A DNA stretch of 64,000 nucleotides. Source: Lama guanicoe (taxonomy: Eukaryota). Under the pieces are notes generated by a model, which saw nothing but the letters and a program-made list of their open reading frames with translations, was not told the DNA's origin and searched no databases. The stretch is taken from positions 3,349,854 through 3,413,853 of the forward strand of contig MU053758.1 in the NCBI GenBank assembly GCA_013239625.1, given 5' to 3'. This document shows, piece by piece, positions 13,201 to 25,230 of this stretch (positions are counted from its first letter, which is position 1; every line of letters begins with the position of its first letter). Both the position numbers and the translations under genes were made by a program.

Positions 13201-13524
13201 CGAACTTTTCATGTCTTCTGCTAATGTATTGAGCCCGGGAATAATTTGGGACAAGGTGATTGATAGCCTTAGTTTCCAGACTTCGTTCTGTTTTCCACCC
13301 TTGACCAGAACCAAGAAACACCTTCTTTCAAGGCCTTACTTCGTCTTCTTGCGAGCTTCACTCTCTTTGAGAAAGACGGTGCTAATGGGATTCTAATGAT
13401 GCCACTTTCCTGGTGTGTTTTTCATCCAGTTCAATTTACGTTACATCTACTGGGACAGCTTATAGATGAGACTTCTGGTCTCGGGGATGTATCAGATGTG
13501 TGATGGATTGAACACATCTATAAT

Positions 13525-13695
13525 CTTGCTGCTCAAGGTGTGGTCCATAAATCAGCAGCCTCAGCATAATCTGGGAGCTTGTTAGAAATACAGAATCTTA
13601 GGTCCCCAACCCAGACCTACTAGAAACCCAGAATCTCCATTTGTAACAAGATCTCCATGTTATAAGTATGTACATTAAGGTTTGAGACACACTAA
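13525..13695. mobile_element. MER5A-like element
   Basis: CTCAAGGTGTGGTCC...CAGCAGCCTCAGCATAATCTGGGAGCTTGTTAGAAATACAGAATCT...TTTGAGACACACT. Confidence 0.7.
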
Positions 13696-14990
13696 TGTGT
13701 AAATAAAACTTCAGATTAGATGTTGACCCCAAACTACTGCTTCCTAAAGTATTGGGATTGATAAATGGAAATCTTCACTATATGTTTTTGTGATGAGACT
13801 CTGGATAAAAGTTTCCAGCTGATGACTCTTGAACATGCTTTGTCTAACTATGGGTCGTTCATCACTACCTTCTTCTCTTCTTGTTCTTTGAGTGTGTGGG
13901 GAGAGATAATTTTAATGGAAACCAGGAGTGAGTGTTAACATCTAACTGGACAGACTAAGGAGTAAGGTCCTCTAGTTTTGAAACTTGCTAAGAAGCTCTT
14001 CCCTGATGTTGACTGGCAGAATTTTAGGCCAAGGTAGTTGTAAGTTAAGAGAACACCTCTGTGCACAGAGGATTGAATGTTTTGAGGTTTGGGTAATAGG
14101 AAGGTAACCCCTGGTCATAAAAGTCTATCCCTCTATAGTTCTGGGTGTATATTTCTGACTCCTGTGTATTATTTTAGTACCATGCACATTCAGATTTCTC
14201 ATCCCTGGACTCTCATCTTAGGTAAAAACTTTCAGCAAGAGTTCATCAAAACCTGTGTTTAGGTTTTACATAACTTTTTAGCAACCATTTTGACTTTGTG
14301 TGACACAGTAGAAAGAGTAAGTACATTGGGTACAAATTCTGGTACCATTTTTAGCAATATGATCACAGGTTAATTCATTCATTCTGTTTGAGCCCCAGTT
14401 TCCTCAACTCTACAGTGAGGATAGTAATACCTTCCAGGGTTGTGATGAATGTTAAATGAGATCAAGAATGCAAAGCTTGGTCAAGAATAGTTGTTATTGT
14501 TTAAATATTTTTTAGTATATGTGTGTATGTATGTCACACACATGTGTTATGTTGTGTATGCATACTTTAGAAATTAGCATAAATTGACTAGTAGTTTTTA
14601 TTAGATGACTCATAATTTTATTGGATGGCTTCTGATTTAAATTTCAAAGAGAAGTTTTGATGAATAGGACAGTCTATGTACTGGTATGACTCACACACAC
14701 ACACACGCACTCACACACACACACACAGAATTCTTTGGTAAAACTCCTAAGCATGATTAGGTCATCAGGTCCTGAAGTATGTCAGAAGCACTGTCTTCTT
14801 TTCATTTTTGCATGACCTCACTGCAAATGTATTTTAGAAACCCTCTAATCCTCTTTAGAAAGATGGTGGCATGTAGATGGCATAATAAAATAAATGCTAT
14901 GAGGAATGACTCACACATAGAGAATGACTTCAGGCATGTAATAAGTCGGAGGAGCAAAAATTGTTATGATAACCAACAACACACTTTGAT

Positions 14991-15038
14991 GTGTGTGTAT
15001 ATATATATATATATATATCTGTGTGTATATATATATAT
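14991..15038 (+). repeat. Compound (TG)n(TA)n microsatellite
   Basis: Two (TG)n(TA)n blocks; a (CA)n tract also lies at 14692-14727. Confidence 0.9.
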
Positions 15039-15764
15039 AAATCTTAGAAATATTTATTGATTAAAGGCCTTATAAGAGTATAGCATTTAAAATACAGGAT
15101 TGTGAAGAAACATGCCTGGAATGAATGGACAATATTCAAGGATCTTAATGACTTAAAAATGTAAACATTATAACATTATAAGAGCTACCTGATAATTATG
15201 ATCATCTTAATCTGTAAAGGCCTTATTGTTTCTTGGTGAAGGAGAGCATTTCTTACCTACCTTGAAAACAGATCACCTTTCAGTGAAACTCTTGATCTGT
15301 GTGATACTTACTGTAAGCCTAAGTATTTACAGAGAAGTTGTTAATGTCCCTGGAATGAGGAACTTAAGCAAGTCAAAAGGAATCGAAACTCAAAGATCAG
15401 AAGGAGAAGAATTTACCTGGCCATCCCAGCATGCTTTAGTGAAGAGCAAGGGGTGCCTCCTTTCCCGATCGGATTTACACTGTTTGGTCCCCATTTGTGA
15501 AGAGGCAGAGAGGGGAGCTGTGAACATACATGAGCAATGGCTTTATGCTCTGCCATCTGTGAAGAGGGAAGACCCTGGCTTTTCTCTTGGAAGCTTTGGT
15601 GTTTCATCTGTGGTTATTGGCCCAGGACTTCTGTAGAGACCCAATTCAGTGTTAAAGAGACTAAAAGTCTGATGGAAAGTTTGGTGGGATGCTAATGGAC
15701 TAGCCTTAAATCAGCTACTGCCACTGAGCAATAGACTCTTCTGTTTTATAAATACTCTAATACT

Positions 15765-16285
15765 CTGTTTTGCTTATCCATTTCTGCATGAATAACTACC
15801 CCAACACTTTCTAGCTTAAAACAACAGCCATTTTATTTGTTCAGAATTCTGTGGGTCAGAATTTCAGATTTAGAATGCTGGGATGGCTTGTCTCTGCTCT
15901 GTGATGTCTGTGGCCTCAGCTGGGTTGGCTTGAGTGACTGGGGACCAGCTGGAATGGCTTGACCTGAATCATATGTCTGGAGCTCAGTTACGGCTGTTGG
16001 TTGGGTTCCTCAGTTTCCCTTCCTGTGGCCTGCCTATGAGGCTAGCTTAGACTTCTTCACACCATGGTAGTCTCAGGGTAAATGGACTTCCTACATGGTA
16101 GCTGGCTTTCTAGAGAGAGCATTCTAAGAGGATAAGCTCTGATGTGTAAGCATTTGTTAAACCTCTGCTTTGTTGAGCTTGCTGGTGTTCCAACGGCCAA
16201 GGCCAAAATAAATGTGGGAGAAACTACAGAAAGGCTAAGTCCTGTGGGGTATGGATTCATTGGAGCCACCAATATCCACTGCCTA
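15765..16285 (-). mobile_element. MaLR (MLT1-family) solo LTR
   Basis: TACCCCAACACTTTCTAGCTTAAAACAAC...TTCTGTGGGTCAGAATT...GGATGGCTTGTCTCTGCTC. Confidence 0.65.
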
Positions 16286-17469
16286 CTCAGAAAATAATGT
16301 CATTATTTAGTATTTATTTTCTATTGTGAAAGGTTAAATAGGTCTATATGTAACTATGGTGCAGTATTTCTTAATGTCCACAAAAGATATTTTTGGAATT
16401 GTTATTTTTCTCCCCAAAGAAATGGTATAGTGTATTATTTGACACAATGTAACCTTTTTAAAATCTCCATGCTACATATAGTCTGTGTTAAATAATTGAT
16501 TTAAGACCATCTGCAAAGAAAACAACAATATCCAACCCCTAGTGCCTATCTTAGGCTGGCTTTTTCCTTGCAGTTATTGGCATTTCTACAAATTGATTCC
16601 AGCTTAAGAGCTCATACCTTAATTATTTTGACTTTTCAATAGTTCCTGCATTTAGACTTGTTATCTTTAACTTGTTATGAGTTTTAAAAAATTATGTGAT
16701 AGTTTCTTCAATTCTGATGTTTCCGTATGTCAGGTGCTATGTGTCAGTGGGAGTAAGATCTGAGTACCAGGAGGGACTGGCTAATCTTTCTAGATTTTAC
16801 CTGTCTCATCTCTTAAGCAAGTGGATTCAGTCAGTTGATTGCTGTGTTTTCTTTTCATTTTTTGATTCTTCAGTTTTTTAATTTAAACTTATGCATGATG
16901 CCTAATTAACTATTAGAGAAATATAAAGTGTGCATTTGGGAAATACTAAAACAATCTGATATTTCTTTAAGGAAAAATGTACTTAGGTGTTCTTGATATT
17001 AAAGCTTTTAGTCACTTGGCTTAGAGATGTTTTCCCCAGGAGCCTCTTATCTGCGTATGTTAATATTTTACTTTGTTGTGAAAAAAAATCTGAGAGGTAA
17101 AAGAAATGAAGAGGCTAAAACAACATGGCAAATTTTCATCATGGAAGCTCATTACTGGAGCCTAACGCTCCGGTAGGAAGAGATTTGATTCAGCATCTGA
17201 AAGATAGTTTGCTAAACATAGGTAGCAGTAAGTCTGCAAAATTTTGTGAAATACTTTTTCGTATTTGTCGTACTTTTAAGTTTTTATTCAGCTGTCCTTC
17301 CTGGACGAAGTTCTCTACAGTTCTATAAAATGAAAGTCTGTTCACAAGCATTTGGGAGTGACATGAGGAGGCTCTTATTTTTCCATTAGCTGTCATCTAT
17401 TCTTATGGGAGTATTAAAAATTAGTAATATGGGGAACATACAAATACAAAGAACTCACCTGAAGCTTCT

Positions 17470-17652
17470 AAAGCAGTAAGTTCTCAAACTTGGTTGTACA
17501 TTGTAATTATTTGGAAATCTTTTAAATATACGGATGCTTGAGTTCCAACCTTCAAAAAACTTGATTGAATTAATATAAAATGTGGCCTGGACATTAGAAG
17601 TTTTTAATCTCCCCAGATGATCCTGAGGTGTGGCTGAGTTTGAGAACCCTTG
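17470..17652. mobile_element. MER5-type element
   Basis: TTCTCAAACTTGGTTGTACATTG...CTCCCCAGATGATCCT...TTTGAGAACC. Confidence 0.6.
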
Positions 17653-18329
17653 TGCTACAATATCTTTCCTCAGTTCCCTTTTTTTACCCACCTTTTCCCA
17701 CCATAAATTTGAGTCCTTGCTCCCCTTTCAGCTTCGTGATCTTTCCCCCCAACATAACAATTGCTAAATTCCTTAATAATGAATTTTTATGAAGTTTAGT
17801 TTCCAATTTCACACATCATTAACAGGGTAGATACATGAAAACATTAATGGAAAAATGAGCATTTAGTAAAGGCATGCATTTGACTGGATTGAAAAATATT
17901 AAATGGATTTATTCACTCAGCTGTGTTATTATGGTACTCTTGGAAAATATGTCGACATAAATATTCCAAAATAATACTTGATACCTCTCTGGATTAGCCA
18001 ACTATTTCCTTAATTGGGTTTTGGGTAATGGAATAACTGCTATTTTCTCACAGTGGTTCTGTAATGGAAACAATAGAATTTATTACCATCTCCTTTATGT
18101 GGATTGGGTGTGTGTTGGTCCAAACCAAATACAAATGAAAGCTTCTTTGGTTGGCAACTCGCCTGAATCTACAAGCATTAGCATTAATCAGTTTTGTAAT
18201 GGGGATTTCGAAAGATTTAGGGGCTTAATTAGATATGGGAGAGAGATTGTTCTATATTGCCTTGAGCCTAAACTCATGCAATTGTTTCTTTATTTAGGAA
18301 AATGGTTTAGTTTCTCTCTACTTGTCTGA

Positions 18330-18637
18330 AAAAGTCATGTTGAAACCCTAGTCCCCAAAGGTGATGGTTTTAGGAGGTTCTTTGGGAGGTGCTTGGTTCA
18401 CGAGGGTGGAGCTCTTATTAATGGGATGAACGCTTTTACAAAAGGGACTCCACAGAGCTCCCTAGCCCCTTCCATCATGCAAGGATGCAGGCTATCAACC
18501 AGGCAGCAGGCCCTCACCACAATGGTGCTTTGGTCTTGGACTTCCCAGTCTCCAGAAATGAGAGGAATACATGTGTGTTGTTTATAAGCCACCCAGTCCA
18601 TGGTATTCTGTTCTAGCAGCTCGAAAGGACTAAGATA
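18330..18637 (+). mobile_element. MLT1A-like MaLR solo LTR
   Basis: ATGTTGAAACCCTAGTCCCC...GAGGGTGGAGCTC...CTTGGACTTCCCAGTCTCCAGAA...TGTTTATAAGCCACCCAGTCCATGGTATT...GACTAAGA. Confidence 0.75.
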
Positions 18638-18655
18638 AGAGCAATTCTTTATCAA

Positions 18656-18729
18656 TAGGGTGACCAATCATTCTAGTTTGCCTGGGACTGAGGGGTCTCC
18701 TGGACAAACTGGGATGAATTGATCACCTT
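18656..18729. mobile_element. Internally deleted MER81-like hAT MITE
   Basis: Inverted termini TAGGGTGACCAA ... TTGATCACCTTA with GTTTGCCTGGGAC / GGACAAAC arms. Confidence 0.6.
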
Positions 18730-20079
18730 AATTGATAACAGTGAAAATTAACACTTTAAGGATATTTTAGCTCCTTGAAAGAAAAATTATTTTTATGTTT
18801 TGATTTATTATCACCAAATCCTCTGTAAGTTATGATGGTAAATGGAAGGTTAGAGATTATTTTCTGGGTCTAGTATTAAACTTTCCCATCAGCTTGTCAT
18901 ATTCTTTTTTACAAGAATATTTTCAAAAGATTTTGCTAGCAATGCTCCCACTTCACCTTGAGAAAATATGTTTATTTTATGTCTAGTTTCTAGATTTCAA
19001 GAAAGATAGTAATGTCTAAAATTGAGTAAATTGATGCTAAAGGAAAGAAAAAATTTATTTTTAAATCTGCTTTGAGACTGCAGTACCCTGTTAACACAAA
19101 GAAGCTCTCCTAGTAAAAAGAAATGGAAAAAGAACTAATAAACTCTAATATTCATCGTTCTTCCTCGCCTCCCCCCACCCACCCCAAGCAAAAGTTTGCA
19201 CAGACAAGTACTGCACAAAGAATACTCATTGGAGATGTTAGTAAATTGTTTTTTTTTTTGTGTGTGAAATGCTTGGAAGTGTTCACATAGTAAAGGTAAA
19301 TTTGTAATTTTATCCCAGCGAATTAATGTAGTTCACTTAAACCAATAATACAGTTTTACAATGGTATAATTATCCTGGGTTCCTGTTGCCTAATTTCAGA
19401 TTACTAGGGGATGGTTTTCTGTTCTTTGAGCACTGAGAATCAAAACAACAATCATTGCCTTAAAAGGAAGACTAATCCAGTTTGAAGACATGCCCAGTTC
19501 AGAAGATATCAAAAGCAGTCCTTTCCAAAAGAGTATTCAAACAGAGACAAAACATATTTGGGACATTGCCAACATGTTAGATGACACTAGAACCCAGTGA
19601 CACCACTTTTAGTTCAACAGCTTAAGTGGAGTCAAGAGGCCCAGATCTAGACCTACCTGTAATCCAGTGAGTGTTTGGGTCAACACATTTATTGCTCTGG
19701 GCCTCAGTGCATTCGTCTGTGAAGTGGGAGAGTTTGCCTAGCCTGTGCCGATGGCCCCTTAAATTGTTAATATCCCATAATTCCATGTACAACTTTCTGG
19801 TGATGTCTCAGTGAACACGTGGGTTTCTGTCTTCCTTTTCTCCAGCATTGCTCCCCTGTACCAGCCTTGGAACAACAGCTCACACTGCTGCAATTTGAGG
19901 AAAAGGCTTCTTTTTCAGAGGACAGAGGTGCACAGTCTCTGTGGTTTAGCCCTAAGCACATCTCAACATAATACTCTGGGTCCTAATGTTTGTAATTTGA
20001 ATCTTGGACAGGTCACTTCCCCTTTTAGGGTCTTTGTATCTACCTGTAATGAGGATTTTTTTTCTGAATTTCCTTTTCT

Positions 20080-20240
20080 TTTTGAAAAATTTTTATTTTT
20101 ATCTTATTTTATTATTTTTTTGATTTATGATGTGTTAGCTTCTGGTGTACAGCATAGTGATTCAGTCATACATATATTGTACATATTCTTTTTCACTACA
20201 GGTTACTGCAAGCCATTGAATACAGTTCTCTGTGCTTTAA
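20080..20240 (-). mobile_element. Short L1 3' end fragment
   Basis: T-rich tail then GTGTACAGCATAGTGATTCAGT...ATAC...TTGAATACAGTTCTCTGTGCT. Confidence 0.65.
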
Positions 20241-20607
20241 TTCTCTTTTAGGCCTTTAAGGTTATGTGTCTATATATGTATGTATGTATGTATCTGTGAG
20301 ATAGAATAGCTTTTGGTTGCCTCACATTCTCAATGAGGCCTTTCTGGGTGTTCCATTCTCTGTCCCCACCCCTCTTTCCTGCTGGCAGAAGTCTAGAGAG
20401 CCTTATAAGCCACATCTCGTCCCTAGGTTGTATGTCTGCAGGTGACAGTTCCGCCCAGTACTGGGTCGCTGGGAACATGTTCAAAGCATTCCGGCCCCTC
20501 TGGCTGTTTCATGGGCAGTGCTCTGAGACTCCATCATTACGATGAGACCTTGAGGCCTTGTCTCACCTTACAATGTAAAAAAAGACATGATGCCGCTGGT
20601 GTGGAGT

Positions 20608-20613
20608 TTTATT
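20608..20613 (-). terminator. KRT23 polyadenylation signal AATAAA
   Basis: First AATAAA on the minus strand ~270 nt after the stop, followed by a T-rich stretch. Confidence 0.75.
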
Positions 20614-20878
20614 GGCCATGAAACAGATGCACAACGATGGGAGCCTGATGACTGTAGTGCGAATGTGGAGCGTTAAGCTCATGAGCTCACACTTTGAAAA
20701 AGCGCATAAGATCGTTATGGAACATCTGGTGAGATTGTAACAGAGAGAAAAAAGCTTCTGAGGTTCATAACTCCATGGACACCTCTTAGAATTCACCCGT
20801 TTGTGTGTGGGCAAGGGCGTTCCATTGGGGGGGAATCGTTTTTGCAGCAGGCAACTTTTATAGACCTCACGCATACTT

Positions 20879-20961
20879 TTAGATCTCATTCACTTGAGAA
20901 AGAATTATTCTTCCATTGACGCTCTCCTGGGTGATGGCCTTGATCTTTGGAGCTGCAGATG
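20879..20961 (-). CDS. KRT23: Keratin 23, last coding exon 8 (tail), 83 coding nt including TAA
   Basis: ttccctcag|CA TCT GCA GCT CCA AAG...; (A)SAAPKIKAITQESVNGRIILSQVNEI*; matches the K23 tail. Confidence 0.93.
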
Positions 20962-21479
20962 CTGAGGGAAAGAGCAACAAAGAGGTCATTGCCCATCCTC
21001 CCCACCATCGGAACTGTCCTCTTTTTCAGTTCCCTGTTCTCAGCGCCTGAGGGCTATCTGTGCCTTCCAAAATGATCACTAAGCAGTGTGGCAGGCTCTG
21101 CTGGAGTGAAGGGCGTCTTACAGAGGAAGAGTCTTCCTCTCACCCTCCAGGAAATAAGGGTGTCTGAACAGTGTCACCTTCTAGAGGTCAAGACCTTCAT
21201 CTCAGGTGTGCCTGAAACAGAATCTAACCTGGCCACAAGTGCCAGTGGGGTCCTTTCTGCTCAGGTGGGCTTTGTAGCATTCGCACCATAGATTCTGTGA
21301 GCTTACAGAGCACTAGGTGCCACTCTGGGGACCTCATTTTAAGTCTAGAAAGCAAGTCATATGAAGGATGGCTGAGAAGGGTGAGAGGCCAGGGATATTT
21401 GTGATGGTCACTGTTTTTGAAGACATGATTTATTTGAGTAAAGTGTGCTTTGTTGACACATCAATAGACTGATTCTAAA

Positions 21480-21590
21480 GGGGAGGGTATAGCTCAGTGG
21501 TAGAGGGCATGCCTAGCATGCATGAAGTCCTGAGTTCAGTCTCCATTAAAAACAAACAAATAAATAAACTTAATTACCCCGCCTAAAAAA
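21480..21590 (+). mobile_element. tRNA-derived SINE, camelid Vic-1-like, in KRT23 intron 7
   Basis: GGGGAGGGTATAGCTCAGTGGTAGAG (A box) ...GCATGCATGAAGTCCTGAGTTCA... then an AT-rich (AAAT)n tail and TAATTACCCC. Confidence 0.8.
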
Positions 21591-22513
21591 TTCTAGACTG
21601 GAGGGAAGAATTGAAACCATTAATAGAAATACAGGGAGAACTTTGTTAAAATCAAACTTCTCCAACAGTAGGTTGAGCCACCCCCTCCAGTAATAGGTTC
21701 CCCGCCCCTGGACATGGGTAAGGAGAGGCTGAAGGGCCATCTGTCAGGATCTTGCAGACAGGGGGCAATGAAGGAGACCAGCTGTTCTGTGATGATGACT
21801 TGAACTCTGAGTCCCTAAATCTCTTAACACCTTTTTTTTTTAAACCGTCTACTAATCAGAAAGTGCCACCTGTCCCAGACTGATTTCTTAAAACTTTTCT
21901 GTAAGATGTTAAAGGCAATCTGAGCAAATAGGATTCCCAGGTCAAAGATACTTGGGAACCCTGGGCTAAACAAAGTAAAAGTTTTCTTGTGGCTTTTTGG
22001 TCTTTCTTGTTCCTTTTCTTCCCTACAGCAGTATTTGTCCCATCTTCAACACACTGAAACACAGCCTGATTCTTCACGAAGAGGCTAGTGGTACACAACA
22101 TGCCCAGCCATATCGGGCCAGGAGCACACCTTTCATAATACTCAGTTAACGGTGTTCAACGGAATGTAGTCTGTGAAATCACTTCCTCTTGAGTCCCTAG
22201 GAGTTTGGTCAACAGACTCCATAACCTAATAGAGATATAATAATATCAATGATCATTTTAATCTACTTTACTGCTTGCAAAGAGCTTTCATATATATATT
22301 TTAGGAGAATATTGAAAGCTTACTTCTTTGTTCTGTATTATTTAATGTGTTAAGTTAATTCAAAACTCCTGGCCATTTGGGAGTAAAATAAAAATTGGAC
22401 ACAAGGCATTTAAGAGCACACGGAGGATTATGAGTACTACAGAGTGGGTAAATGTGCTGATTCATTAAGAAAAAAAAAAAAGGAGATTCAAACAATGAAG
22501 TGTTTTTTTTTAC

Positions 22514-22551
22514 CTTTCGCACTCAACTTAGAGTCCTTAGAGTCCATTGTC
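22514..22551 (-). CDS. KRT23: Keratin 23, coding micro-exon 7, 38 nt
   Basis: cttttatag|G ACA ATG GAC TCT AAG GAC TCT AAG TTG AGT GCG AAA G|gtaaaa; phase 2 in, phase 1 out, which bridges exons 6 and 8 in frame (TMDSKDSKLSAK). Confidence 0.85.
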
Positions 22552-23415
22552 CTATAAAAGTGATAAAGGTTTAAAGCTCAGTTTAGGATTAGCAACAATC
22601 ATAAATACTTCTCAAGATGATCTAACTTCCTCTGCCTGCTTGTAAACTTGTAGCTCTTTAATGAGGCTAGTTTACTGAGCTCTGTAGTCGCAAGGTCATG
22701 AGTTCATGGGACAGCCCTGCTGAAGGCAAAAGCCAGTGAGGCTGGCCTCCCGCTGAGCCTGGGCCAGGGGAAGCCTGCTGAACCCCCTCCATCCTTTTGG
22801 CCAGCTGCAGCCTCTGCCTCCACTGGGATCCCTTCCAGGGTCTGGGGCTGAAGCTTAGAACCCCTGGGCTTTTCAGACTGTTCAAAGTTTAGTCCAATAA
22901 CATTTCATTTATGTATTTAAAAAAAAAACAACCTTCTAATAACCCTTTCTCTTGGGTCATAGAACATATGTGCCCTTGGTGTGGACAGCTATACCTAAAG
23001 TAGTCAGAGACACCAGACTGAAAAATCTAGACATTGCCATCTCTTAGGGATCTTTTCCTGCTGTTACAGTAAAACATTCCCCAACTGTTCTTTTTTTTTT
23101 TTTTTTTGAGCCAAAAAAATTGTGTGCATTCCCACTGGAAATACTATAGCCAAGCCCTCTTGGTTGTTTCTTCCTAGAGATTTTAATATATTAGTTGAAA
23201 CTATTGACCTCAGATCTTGGTGTCCTGGGAATAATGGCTGATTAATTCACACTGGCCACTTAATGGAATACAATCTGATCTAAACGTCTGCAGACAAAAC
23301 TCAGCATAAACCTTTCTCTTTAGCACTGACGATGGCTCACAGAACATAAGGCACGTGAGTGCACCCATGGGAGGACACCCCCTTCGCCCTCTTCCCCCGC
23401 CAGCCTCCGCCTTAC

Positions 23416-23636
23416 CCCTCATTTTCTCCCTCCAGAAGCTGGCGGTAGGTGGCGATTTCTTTCTCTAGGTGGGTTTTGATGCCCAGGAGGACCTTGTATC
23501 CGTTGCTCTGGCACTCCAGGTCGTGGCGTAGCTGCATCAGCTCCTCCTCGTGGTGGGAGATGATCCGTTGCATGTCCTGGAGTTGGCAGGAGTACTGAGA
23601 CTGGGTCTCCGATAACATGCTTTCCAAAGAAGATTT
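23416..23636 (-). CDS. KRT23: Keratin 23, coding exon 6 (coil 2B, helix termination motif), 221 nt
   Basis: ttcag|AAA TCT...; KSSLESMLSETQSQY...LEKEIATYRQLLEGENE(G); donor GG|GTAAGG. Confidence 0.97.
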
Positions 23637-24034
23637 CTGAAAGAGGAATAATACTGCTTTCATTCATTGCCTGATGGCATGATCGGTTCAATAGCCTGTG
23701 CTTGCTGAGTAGTTAGAATATGATGATTACTCTGCTGGGTGTCTTGGTGGTGCCGGGGATGCAGGGTGAGGAGCCAGGCAGTGAGGAGTCAAACTGCACC
23801 AGGGCTTTTTCTGGGCGCAAAGCGTTTGTGTCTGGCAGCTCCTGGCACCTCCACTGTCCTCCTGTGGTGTTTGTTATTTACGGTGCTTGTTTGGGAGTGA
23901 GTATGTGCCACCTTGCCTTGATCTGCTCCTTACTTCCTTATGCTTACATTTTGTCTCTGGCCGGACTAAAAACTCCTAGTGGGAAGCAGCAACTGGACTG
24001 CTATCTCTTTGTATCTTCAGAGAGGGGCCTCAGG

Positions 24035-24242
24035 TAAGGATGTCAGGTAAAATAGAGGGCTCCCAGTTAAATTCAAATTTCAGATGAGCAACGAGTAATT
24101 TTTTAGTATAAGTATGTTCCAAACATTGCTCTAATACTGCATGGAACATACTTATACTAAAAGAGAAAAACTTTGTTGTTTATCTGAAATTCAGATTGCA
24201 CTGGGTGTCCTATATTTTAATTTGGTTAATCAGGCAACCCTA
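24035..24242. mobile_element. MER53-like palindromic hAT MITE in KRT23 intron 5
   Basis: Terminal ...GGCAACCCTA; internal inverted arms CCCAGTTAAATTCAAATTTCAGAT / ATCTGAAATTCAGATTGCACTGGG and TAGTATAAGTATG / CATACTTATACTA. Confidence 0.8.
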
Positions 24243-24499
24243 GTCCCAAGCGATGTTTTCTGATTATGACTATGATAACAAATTGTCATTTTTGAGGAGA
24301 TTCTGAAAGCTGCAAAATGAAGCATACAGAGAACTGAGTTCCAGTCCTTGTTCTGTTTGGCTTTACCGCCTGCTTTTCTGGAACATATAACTTCAACCTT
24401 AAAGAGAATCTCAGAACTGTGCTGGACACTCACTCTATCACGGCTGCTAACTTTCGGGGGGCCCTTAATGCTGCCTGGCCATTCACCCACATGTTCCTG

Positions 24500-25230
24500 G
24501 TCTAGTCACTCTCCTGTTTCCCCAAAGGGCTATTTCATTCCTTCTCTCCTGTCCTCAAACCTCCCTCCTCCCCATCGTTTCTCTCAGCCCACGGCCTGGC
24601 TTCCTCTGTCGCTGAGGAGATGAGGGCCCTCAGGAGAGAACTCCCACAAGCTCCTGCCATCACTTCCACCCACATACCTGAATCTGTGTCTGACACTCAT
24701 TCCTCTCTGTTACTACGCGTGAGCTGTCTGTGTTCTGGTCATTTCAGCAACGTCCCACCTTCTTGCAACATTAGTGTTTTCCTCTCTCCTAAATTAGTCC
24801 CACCAGCTTTCAGAGAGAATCATTTTTCCCACCTTAAAATTTGTTCTCTCTTGAACCCATGTCTACCTTCAGCGATCACCCAGTTTCTCTGCTCTCCTTT
24901 GCTTATAGCAAAGCTCCTCAAAGAGTCATCTATACCCGCTGTTTCAGATTCCTCCTGACCTCCCTCCAAGGGTCAAGGCTGCACAGTCCAGCTCCATTGT
25001 TACCCCAGGGCCTCCCCTTCCCTCCCCTCCTCTCCTCTCCTCTCCTTTCTTCTTCCCTTTTTCACCCACTGCAGCCACCTTGGCTTTCTGGCTGTTCCTC
25101 CAACCTGTCAGACACACCAGGGTCTCATAGCTTTTGCTGTTCCTCCACCTGGACCCCCACCTCCATAGCCACATAATGCACCACTTTAGTGCTTTTAGGG
25201 TTTTGCTCAACTGTCACCTTAAAGGTAAAT
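24500..25230 (+). mobile_element. Degraded L2 fragment in KRT23 intron 5
   Basis: Pyrimidine-rich L2-like text (AGCAAAGCTCCTCAAAGAGTCATCTATACCCGCTG; CACTGCAGCCACCTTGGC...TGCTGTTCCTCCACCTGG). Confidence 0.5.

Noticed and set aside
1..20500. KRT20 exons or a keratin pseudogene in the left intergenic region
   Set aside because: I found no rod-domain motifs or keratin-sized exons by eye; a tBLASTn with type I keratins is needed to exclude very decayed relics.
21480..21545. tRNA gene
   Set aside because: The A box is present but the T-arm/B-box is truncated and a SINE tail follows; it is a tRNA-derived SINE.
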